Below are positions 21,242-30,379 of a stretch of 30,379 nucleotides of DNA, in pieces. The notes under the pieces are model-generated. The model was not told the DNA's origin. It did no database searches and was given only the letters and a program-made list of their open reading frames with translations. How positions within the stretch are numbered: the first letter of the stretch is position 1; each line of letters starts with the position of its first letter. Source of the DNA: Macrostomum lignano (lineage: Eukaryota); NCBI GenBank assembly GCA_002269645.1, contig NIVC01004952.1, positions 1 through 30,379 on the forward strand, in the 5' to 3' direction. Both the position numbers and the translations under genes were made by a program.

Positions 21242-24200
21242 CTACGCGCCTTGATCGGCCATCCGCTGCAGCCTGGTGGCAGCTGAGTCTGACGCCAAGG
21301 TGCCCTGCGCCACTCCCATAGTGCAGCGAAGGGCGCGACAGGCCAGCATCAACACGGCGCTGAACCTCGCATTGCTGCTGTCGTCTTCCTCGTCGTCGAC
21401 CACCAGCCGGCTGTCAATGAAGCCGCTTTCGTCGCCGTCCTCCAGCTGCAGCAGCTCCTGCTCAGTTTGGCAATTGCAAAATGTTTTGAGCTGCTGGCCG
21501 CGGCAGGCGGCGAAGCCGGCCTTGTCCTTGTGGCGCATCCGGCCGGTCAGCAGCTCCACGGCCAGGTCCAGCAGCTGCAGGAAATTGTTGGTCAGCAGCG
21601 CCCGGTCGTCCTGGCAGTCCGCCAGGCAGTCCGGCCACCAGATGATCGGCCGGCTGAAGACGTCCAGACGGATTGACTCGCAGGCCAGCAGCCGCGGTGA
21701 CCGCACCAGGCAAAGCCGCTGGCCGTGCAGGTGGCACAGGGCGCTCATGAGGCTGCCGAGCTGGCCAACCCGGACGGGCATGGACAGCCGCCTGGCCGAG
21801 GCGTCATCTGACAGGACGTCTGCCAGAGTGCACGCGTACACTGGCAGGAAGAGGTCCAGGGACAGCGCGCTGGAGTCCGGCTGCGACTCCAGCTTGGTGC
21901 CCATCAGACAGGCCAGGCTGGGGTGGCGCAGCTCCTGCAAACAATTCGGCGATTAAGAGATGGCGGCTTCCGTTAGTGAAAACAACATCTGGAGCTATAA
22001 AAGTGCACGCCAAAGCAAAAGTACACACTGAACCGCATTGCAAGCCTAGCATGCACGTCAAAACAGAAGTACACACTGATGTTACATCCGCATTGCAAGC
22101 CAAGTGCGCATGTCAAAACAGAAGTACACACTGAAGTTACATCCGCATTGCAAGCCAAGTGCGCATGTCAAAACAGAAGTACACACTGAAGTTACATCCG
22201 CATTGCAAGCCAAGTACGCATGTCAAAACAGAAGTACACACTGAAGTTACATCCGCATTGCAAGCCAAGTGCGCATGTCAAAACAGAAGTACACACTGAA
22301 GTTACATCCGCATTGCAAGCTAAGTACGCATGTCAAAGCAAAAGTACAATCTGAACTCAAGAAGAAACACGGAGCCCTGCACACCTGCAATCGCTCGATC
22401 ATGGCTTGTACATCACTGGCCGTGGAACCGTCGGGCTGAAGGCGGACAATCCAATGAACAACGCGACAGAAGTTGCCTCGGACCTCCACGATCGACGGGG
22501 AGACCAGCTGCGGCACTGAGGAGATTTCGTCAGCGTTGAAGCTGATGGCCGTCAGGCCTTTCAGCACTACCTGCGGCGGGCAGGTCTGCTGCGGCCCCAG
22601 GGCTTCATCGTCAGTCTCAGGCGGCTGCGGCTGGGGCTGCGGTGGCGAGTCGATGATTCCGGCGATTTCTGTGACTTTGGGACTCTGAGCTGGCTGATCT
22701 GGTGCGCCCTGCTGCACCTGCTGCTGCTCGAACTGCGATGGTTCGGGCGACTTTTATGGGTTATGAGGCGGCTCTTCATCCGGGACAACCCCAGGTCACA
22801 TGCAGGACAACCCCAGCTCACATCCGGGACAACCCCAGTTCACATCCGGGACAACCCCAGTTCACATCCAGGACAACCCCAGCTCACATCCGGGACAACC
22901 CCACACACATCGGCTCACCGGGACATCGCCAGCTGCAAAGTCCATCATCTGCATGTCGGCACCGTCGGAGAATTCAGCAAGGGGCTCCAGGCCTGTCAGA
23001 AGCTGTGGACAGGCCTGCCGCAGCGCGTGCACCGCATCGACAATCGGTGGCTCCTTCGCCATGATGACAGCCACGTCCCGCATAGTCGGCATCCGCATGC
23101 GCCATTTAAGGAAAAAGCGCTTCGAGAGCTCCATGCTGTTGCCTGTGTGATTGGGTTTGGAAGTCGCACTTTGTGCTGGATTTGGCACTGTGTTGGATTT
23201 GGCACTGTGCTGGATTTGGCACTCTGTTGGATTTAGCACTGTGTTGTATTTGGCACTGTGTTGGATTTGGCACTCTGTGTTGGATTTGGCACTCTGTGTT
23301 GGATTTGGCACTCTGTTGGATTTAGCACTGTGTTGTATTTGGCACTGTGTTGGATTTGGCACTCTGTGTTGGATTTGGTACTCTGTGTTGGATTTGGCAC
23401 TCTGTTGGATTTAGCACTCTAATGCTGAATTTGGCACTCTGTGTTGGATTTGGCACTCTAATGCTGAATTTGGCACTCTGTGTTGGATTTGGCACTCTGT
23501 GTTGGATTTGGCACTCTGTTGGATTTAGCACTGTGTTGTATTTGGCACTGTGTTGGATTTGACACTCTGTGTTGGATTTGGCACTCTGTGTTGGATTTGG
23601 CACTCTGTTGGATTTAGCACTCTAATGCTGAATTTGGCACTCTGTGTTGGATTTGGCACTCTAATGCTGAATTTGGCACTCTGTGTTGGATTTGGCACTC
23701 TGTGTTGGATTTGGCACTCTGTTGGATTTAGCACTGTGTTGTATTTGGCACTGTGTTGGATTTGGCACTCTGTGTTGGATTTGGCACTCTGTGTTGGATT
23801 TGGCACTCTGTTGGATTTAGCACTCTAATGCTGAATTTGGCACTCTGTGTTGGATTTGGCACTCTAATGCTGAATTTGGCACTCTGTGTTGGATTTGGCA
23901 CTCTGTGTTGGATTTAGCACTCTAATGCTGGATTTGGCACTCTGTGTTGGATTTAGCACTCTAATGCTGGATTTGGCACTCTAGATTTGGCACTCTGTGC
24001 TGGATTTAGCACTCTAATGCTGGATTTGGCACTCTAGATTTGGCACTCTGTGCTGGATTTAGAAATCTATGACATTTACATGTATAGGGGCTAATGCTAA
24101 GTTTAATTATATATAATTTTACAATGTGGTGTATCTCACAGCTGTAAATTAAGTATATGCAATTAAGCTAAGTGTTTCATATTTACTAAAAACACTTACC

Positions 24201-24359
24201 ACCTTTAGCTCGGATCATAAGAATATCATTTTGTGAGAATCCAACCCGAGATGCCACCTCTTCAAATGAGCCAGATAATGCCACAGCATTAACCAGCTGG
24301 AAGAACAGCTTTGGACTCACATTGCCCAGGTAGGTGTTGCTGATATCATCATTAGACAT
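21242..24359 (-). CDS. Death domain plus pseudokinase protein of IRAK/Pelle/Tube architecture, 474 aa; exons 24200-24359, 22919-23142, 22385-22732, 21242-21934
   Basis: Four exons join in phase (1, 0, 0) through GT-AG introns (1425 nt). The N-terminus TYLGNVSPKLFFQLVNAVALSGSFEEVASRVGFSQNDILMIRAKGGNSMELSKRFFLKWRMRMPTMRDVAVIMAKEPPIVDAVHAL fits a death-domain helix pattern. A Q/P-rich linker follows. Then SFNADEI, RGNFCRV, MIERLQELRHPSLACLMG, TLADVLS, LSMPVRV..SALCHLH and VELLTG match IRAK-type kinase subdomains in order, while the VAVK, HRD, DFG and APE motifs are absent. Confidence 0.8.
21998..22345. repeat. 55-bp tandem repeat, ~6 copies, intron 3 of the DD-pseudokinase gene
   Basis: GTACACACTG recurs at 22069, 22124 and onward (period 55). 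Confidence 0.92.
22776..22913. repeat. 22-bp minisatellite (- strand GTGAGCTGGGGTTGTCCCGGAT), ~6 copies, next to the intron 2 donor of the DD-pseudokinase gene
   Basis: Directly visible. Confidence 0.88.
23165..24062. repeat. Compound minisatellite of ~17-21-bp monomers (GGATTTGGCACTCTGTGTT) with a ~203-bp higher-order repeat, intron 1 of the DD-pseudokinase gene
   Basis: Directly visible; near-identical ORFs at 23322 and 23525 give the 203-bp period. Confidence 0.93.
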
Positions 24360-26287
24360 GTTATCAAAACTGCATTAGTCTATGGCTAAAAAATTGTAAT
24401 AAAGTTTGTTATAACAAAGTATGAATCTAGATGTTTTTATATAAGAATTAAATTTGTATAAATAATTAAAACTTTATATAAGTTTGTATTATTTAAAATG
24501 CTCAATTTCTAAATAAATAATTAAAATAACAACTTTCCATTTTAAATAATTAGTAATGTTCTAATTAATTAGAAATAAATATATAAATAAATTCAAATCT
24601 AGGATATCAGACTATATTAGACACCATTTTCATAAAATTTAAAACTTTATATTTGGCTTTATAGTTTTACCTATTATGAATAATAAAGTTTGGTAATTGT
24701 AAAGAAGTGCATATTTAATTGTTTTTTAACTTAAATGAACACCCAAGTCTCAAAGATCCAAAAGTACATAGCAACTTGATTGAAGAGACATAGGCACACT
24801 GCAAGGCAAAACACATAGCACACAGCAGCAACTCTTTGAGATGTACCCAGAAGAGTTCATGTGGCACAAGCTTCATCCCACCAAGCAATTTAGTTGGATT
24901 CTCTACTAGATCAGCCACTATTACCCATGGGCCACAACTACTGCTGCTATAACCTACTGAAAAGGTATCATTGTCTACTTGACAAGTTGTACTCTCTTTT
25001 TGAACAGTTTTGTGTCGTTAAATGTGTCTCCTATCACAATAAATATGCTTTGACATTCATTTAAATTTGCACTTCTATACAATTGCCTAAAGTTTCTATT
25101 CAAGTTAGCTAGTTTTTCATTTAATATTTATTGTAATCTACAAAACTATTGCATTGTTTAGCAAATCAATATAAATCATCCTATTAATATTAATTATTTA
25201 TTAATATTATTTTACAAAAGTTAGAAAGCCTGCATATTGCCAGCTGCCACAAGGCAATATTTCAGTTACCAGTCATTTTAATTTTTTTAATTATAAGTGA
25301 TCAATAGTCATTGCTATATGTTTGTCAATTCTTTCTATTCTTGACTTTCCTAGTTGTTTGCTGGATAGTTATAGCGACTTGCAACGATCATTATAGTTAA
25401 AATACTAAATAACATACTCACACGCGGTGAATGAAGTATTATTACTCCCTCTAAGTCTCTAACACTAATCAGGAAATTAGGGATGTGCTTTCCTAGAAAA
25501 AGTAAATTTCGAATTTTCATCTTTTCGTCAGGTCAGAACCAAAAAATATATATGTCTCATCTTTGACCTTTCAAAACTAATTAAACGTGTCTTAGTTCAT
25601 CAAGAAACTCCTATTTTAAAATGATAAAGCTTAATAAATGCGCCAGTTATTTCTGCATTTTCGGTTCCATTCTGAATTAAAATAAAAAGTAAATACATTT
25701 TACGATATGTCAAATCATTAAACAAACTTAACTTGCAGGAGTAAACATATTAGTGGCAATTGCCAGATTTCAAAAATTAGATATTCATTCCCTGTCAGTA
25801 CAAATATTTTCAGATAAGTTGTTAAAAAGAATTCGCGCAGTTTGATGTAGATCTGAACTTGGCCGCAAGACTACAAAAACTTCCTTACAAAACATGTATT
25901 TATAACTCCTCTCAGAAGCAAATTATTTCAGTCATTTTCCTTGTTTTATTTTTTTGCTGCAACGCTTGCAGGTCTCGCTGAAAGTTTTTAGATGAATTAT
26001 AAAAAATAAAATAAGTAGACTAAAAGAACACTTTTCTTGAGAGCGATGAACTAAAGTGAAAAATTCAAAAAGAAAACGAAGGAAAAACAATAAGTAGCCT
26101 TGAAATTTTAGAACTAATTAAATATGTACAAGGCTCCTTTGACTCACAGTGCAACATGGATAGATAGATATTTTCATTGATCACGGCGTAAAAACTCCCC
26201 AAGCCAAGCCGATACGCATGCATCCAGGGATCTCAAAGCTAACTCTAAGGGAATCGAGCACGGGGGCTGCGGGGTCAGTTCATCCGA

Positions 26288-29200
26288 TCAGAAGCTGCGA
26301 TCCGCCGAGCAGCCGCAGGAATTCACGAACGGGCGAACGGAGCCGGGCAGCCGATGCTCCTTCACGTTGCTAGCGATCCACTGCAGGCTGCGCTGCCAGC
26401 GCCGTTGCTGCTCCAGGCAGTCACCGAGGGTCCGCTCTAGCTCGGCCAGCTGTCCTGTTGCCCTGCTGGCCACCATCCGGCCTAACTGGCGCAGCAGGAA
26501 GTGCCTCGAGGCGCACACCGCGCAGGTGGACGAGGCAGTCGGCGACGGCTTTAGAGAGGCTTTGAAACCGCCGGGAGTAGAGTGCAGGAGGCAGAGCCGC
26601 TGGCACAAGCTGGTCTGCGTCACTGCCGGTGGCGGCTGATAATGCTGATGCTGATGATGCTGATGTTGGTGATGGTGATGATGCTGATGGTGCTGGCGAT
26701 GCTGATGATTACGTTCGCGATGCCGATTGCGATGCCGCTGTTGATGATGCTGGTTATCCTCCAGACCTCGGGCTAAACTGTGCTCTGCATCAAAATGAGC
26801 AATACCTGTAGAGAAGCTGCGGTTGTGGCGGTTAGGAGTTTTAATATACATGTGTACGAGCTTTCATGGTGTATTTATAAAAACAAACGTGTGCCTTGAC
26901 CCGCTGCCGCTAGTACAAGTGCAAAGCTGCTGGTTACATGTAAAGTGTTGAAACAATGGGGGTAGCTTATAGCTTCTATCACATCACAGCAGCAGCTAGG
27001 TGGACTGGAGCCCAGCTTGCCTTGCAAATCACTCGCGGTGGCTGCCTGCCTCGAGAGGTTGCGAGGGCTACTAGTATATTTACACCCACTAAGACGTATA
27101 TGTACGTATTTGTAAGTTCCATTAGTCAGTATATGGTGCGGACCTGGCGGCGAACGCGCGAATTAATTCTCAGAGCTATCGACCCCAGAGCTTAAAATAA
27201 GCTCATTAGGGCTTGTTGATGCATAGTCAGTCTTCTGATGGCGACTCTTCAAGGGTTTGGAGGCGACTCTTGAAGAGTTTGGAGTGATTCTTAGACTTTG
27301 GAGGCGACACTCGTGAGTTTGGAGGCGATTCTTGAAGAGTTTGGAGGCGATTCTTGAAGAGTTTGGAGGCGATTCTTGAAGAGTTTGGAGGCGATTCTTG
27401 AAGAGTTTGGAGGCGATTCTTGAAGAGTTTGGAGGCGATTCTTGAAGAGTTTGGAGGCGATTCTTGAAGAGTTTGGAGGCGATTCTTGAAGAGTCTGGAG
27501 GCGATTCTTGAAGAGTTTGAAGGCGATTCTTGAAGACTTTGGAGGCTTGCGGACCACGTAAAGATGATTCTTAAGAAGTTCAAGGGGCGCTTTTCATATG
27601 GTATAAAAATTAAGGATGGAAATTGCGCGGTTAATGCGTGCTTGTATAAACGGAAACGTGCGAAACTCAGGTGATCGTGTGCACTCAGCTAATATTCACA
27701 ATGCGCACCTGGACGTTTGCTTTGCTTGCGGCTGCTGCCGGTACGAGTTGCTGCCGTCTGTGTTCAGCGCCGGGACCACCGCGGCGGCCGCGGCGGGCTG
27801 CAGTTCCGGCTGGTCCACCTGAAGAGCGAACTCGACCGACTTCAGCGTGGAAGGCGTCGAGGCGGAGCAGCTTCGGCTTTGCCGGCGAGTCAGCCGGCGC
27901 TGCTGACGGCGCTGTCGGCTGCTGCGTCGGCGGCGGCGCTGACGGCGGGGCGGTGAAGGCTTCCGCGTAGATGTGCTGCTGGCGCTGCGGCGGGTGTCTG
28001 CGGTGGCTGGGTGGGTGAGAGTTCGCGGATGTCTGCAGATGTCACGGGTGAGAGTCCGGGTGTCTGTAGATGGGGTGGGTGAGAGTCCGGGTGTCTGTAG
28101 ATGGGGTGGGTGAGAGTCCGGGTGCTGTAGATGGGGTGGGTGAGAGTCCGGGTGTCTGTAGATGGGGTGGGTGAGAGTCCGGGTGTCTGTAGATGGGGTG
28201 GGTGAGAGTCCGGGTGTCTGTAGATGGGGTGGGTGAGAGTCCGGGTGTCTGTAGATGGGGTGGGTGAGAGTCCGGGTGTCTGTAGATGGGGTGGGTGAGA
28301 GTCCGGGTGTCTGTAGATGGGGTGGGTGAGAGTCCGGGTGTCTGTAGATGGGGTGGGTGAGAGTCCGGGTGTCTGTAGATGGGGTGGGTGAGAGTCCGGG
28401 TGTCTGTAGATGGGGTGGGTGAGAGTCCGGGTGTCTGTAGATGGGTGGGTGAGAGTCCGGGTGTCTGTAGATGGGGTGGGTGAGAGTCCGGGTGCTGTAG
28501 ATGGGGTGGGTGAGAGTCCGGGTGTCTGTAGATGGGTGGGTGAGAGTCCGGGTGTCTGTAGATGGGGTGGGTGAGAGTCCGGGTGTCTGTAGATGGGGTG
28601 GGTGAGAGTCCGGGTGTCTGTAGATGGGGTGGGTGAGAGTCCGGGTGTCTGTAGATGGGGTGGGTGAGAGTCCGGGTGTCTGTAGATGGGGTGGGTGAGA
28701 GTCCGGGTGCTGTAGATGGGTGGGTGAGAGTCCGGGTGTCTGTAGATGGGGTGGGTGAGAGTCCGGGTGTCTGTAGATGGAGTGGGTGAGAGTCCGGGTG
28801 TCTGTAGATGGGGTGGGTGAGAGTCCGGGTGTCTGTAGATGGGGTGGGTGAGAGTCCGGGTGTCTGTAGATGGGGTGGGTGAGAGTCCGGGTGTCTGTAG
28901 ATGGGGTGGGGTGAGAGTCCGGGTGCTGTAGATGGGGTGGGTGAGAGTCCGGGTGCCTGTAGATGGGGTGGGTGAGAGTCCGGGTGTCTGTAGATGGGTG
29001 GGTGAGAGTCCGGGTGTCTGTAGATGGGTGGGTGAGAGTCCGGGTGTCTGTAGATGGGGTGGGTGAGAGTCCGGTGTCTGTAGATGGGTGGGTGAGAGTC
29101 CGGGTGCCTGTAGATGGGTGGGTGAGAGTCCGGGTGTCTGTAGATGGGTGGGTGAGAGTCCGGGTGTCTGTAGATGGGGTGGGTGAGAGTCCGGGTGTCT

Positions 29201-30130
29201 GTAGATGGAGTGGGTGAGAGTCCGGGTGTCTGTAGATGGGGTGGGTGTGAGTCCGGGTGTCTGTAGATGGAGTGGGTGAGAGTCCGGGTGTCTGTAGATG
29301 GGGTGGGTGAGAGTCCGGGTGTCTGTAGATGGGAGTGGGTGTGAGTCCGGGTGTCTGTAGATGGAGTGGGTGAGAGTCCGGGTGTCTGTAGATGGGGTGG
29401 GTGTGAGTCCGGGTGTCTGTAGATGGAGTGGGTGAGTCCGGGTGCATGCAGATGGGGTGGGTGGCGAGACGGAGTGCCAGAAGACGAGTCCAACTCACTG
29501 TCCCTGTCGGAACTCACTGTCCCTGTCGGCAGCCCCGGTGAGCATCGGGCAGGTGAGCGCCTCTCCGCACAGCCTGAGTTGCTTCGCCAGCAGCGAGTCG
29601 ATGAGCAAGCCGCGCGCACCTGTCAGGAAAGAAGACTCGACGCCAGCCGTTCGGCCAGGAGAGCCCGGCATCGAGATGAGGCGGCCAGCTGCTGGCAATG
29701 AGGCGGAGTCTGCGCGTCCATCGCAGTGATGGTGTCCCGCTCGTGCTGCGGTCGGCGGGCGGCGCCGGCCTGCGCAGGCAAAACGGTCCACCAGACTCGG
29801 TAAGGCCTAAGGAGTCGGCGAGCGCGGAGCGCAGGAATTCGCTGAGCAGGTGGTCCCGAACTCGAACCGCAGAGTCCTGGCCAACAGCAGGCGGATCTGC
29901 CGCATGCCGCGATTCGCCAAGTCGCTGTCAAAGCCCTGGCCGGCGCTGTGGAAGTCGCAGTCCGCTTCCTCCTCGTCCTCGTTGCTGATGGAGGCCAGGA
30001 TGTCGGACAGCTCCGAGTCTGTCGCCGACAAGAGCGACTGCATGGTGCAGACGGGGGCGCAGGCGGAGTTTGGGGGGTACCGCAGCGAGGTTGGCGCGAG
30101 AAATGCCGGCGAAAGAAAGCGGCCGGCCAT
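26288..30130 (-). CDS. Unrecognised multi-exon gene; approximate exons 29499-30130 (three apparent 1-nt deletions), 27709-27997, 26288-26805; His/Gln tract and C-terminal predicted helix/coiled coil
   Basis: Three GC-rich blocks are bounded by GT/AG on the - strand. Coding-like segments include MQSLLSATDSELSDILASISNEDEEEADCDF..., HIYAEAFTAPPSAPPPTQQP..., HHQHHHHHQHQHHQHQH and RQLGRMVASRATGQLAELERTLGDCLEQQRRWQRSLQWIASNV. The exon 2 to 3 phase and the true start (30130 vs 30171) are unresolved; it could be a pseudogene. Confidence 0.6.
27236..27548. repeat. 22-bp minisatellite (GAAGAGTTTGGAGGCGATTCTT), ~11 clean copies plus degenerate ends
   Basis: Directly visible. Confidence 0.93.
28005..29465. 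repeat. 31-bp G-rich minisatellite (GTCTGTAGATGGGGTGGGTGAGAGTCCGGGT), ~46 copies, filling one intron
   Basis: Directly visible; units of 29-32 bp. Confidence 0.97.
29492..29529. repeat. Perfect 19-bp tandem duplication containing a splice donor (- strand CCGACAGGGACA|GTGAGTT x2)
   Basis: AACTCACTGTCCCTGTCGG at 29492-29510 and 29511-29529. Confidence 0.9.
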
Positions 30131-30379
30131 GCTGGCGGGGACTGCCGGTCTGCGGGGGCGGCCAAAGGCATTTCGGCTCTGCCAGCCCGCGCTTCTGCGG
30201 CTCCCCGTCTATGGCCTGCGGGCTAAAAATAGACTGAGGACGAGATGCACGCTCATAATCTGTGTGCGAAGAGTGATCTATAGGGATCGCAATAGTTTGA
30301 GGCCGCCAGTCTGAGGAGAAATGAAAATTTCATTGACAAAAATAGTTTCCTTGCAAGATCTTGCAGGATATTGGCACTT

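Noticed and set aside
21276-21956. 226-aa plus-strand ORF and other antisense ORFs over GC-rich exons (e.g. 29850-30314, 27717-27956, 6909-7385)
   Set aside because: These are shadow ORFs of high-GC3 coding sequence; splice signals and protein motifs support the opposite strand.
24715-24918. AT-rich minus-strand ORF (MADLVENPTKLL...) between the orphan and DD genes
   Set aside because: No recognisable domain, and no donor that gives the phase needed to join the DD exon. It may be UTR or TE debris.
25478-25795. TAGGGATG ... TTCCCTG as a fifth hAT element
   Set aside because: The TIR match is short and the 8-bp flanks (CAGGAAAT vs TCAGTACA) do not match.
27696-29619. 600-aa and 525-aa ORFs
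   Set aside because: They are translations of the 31-bp array, with frames cycling through the same three peptides. Only the 27709-27997 part looks like a real exon.
29807-29809. Single in-frame TAG between two same-frame ORFs, suggesting stop-codon readthrough
   Set aside because: The flanking codons in that frame are not coding-like, while the other frames are. Three 1-nt deletions explain the return to frame.

Overview
Eukaryotic (animal) genomic DNA: GC-rich, high-GC3 exons separated by AT-rich GT-AG introns. About 7.7 kb (~25%) is tandem repeat, in 13 arrays with different units. The composition resembles a free-living flatworm such as Macrostomum, but that is inference only. Genes were rebuilt by hand from splice sites and reading phase. 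(1) A 4-exon, + strand PLP-dependent serine racemase/dehydratase (7063-9222, 351 aa). (2) A 12-exon, - strand SLC5/SGLT sodium-sugar cotransporter (9942-19296, 692 aa), convergent with gene 1. (3) A 4-exon, - strand death-domain plus degenerate-kinase gene of IRAK/Pelle/Tube architecture (21242-24359, 474 aa); its first exon is absent from the ORF track. (4) An unrecognised - strand multi-exon gene (26288-~30130) whose first exon needs three single-base corrections. (5) A probable unrecognised - strand gene at ~5995-6770, head-to-head with gene 1. Mobile DNA comprises a mariner transposase relic, four non-autonomous hAT-type elements with 8-bp target-site duplications, and a small foldback element. 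Most long ORFs in the track are repeat artefacts. The most notable observations are the DD-pseudokinase and several intronic minisatellites whose unit is a copy of the adjacent splice junction. I recognised no rRNA, tRNA or CRISPR.
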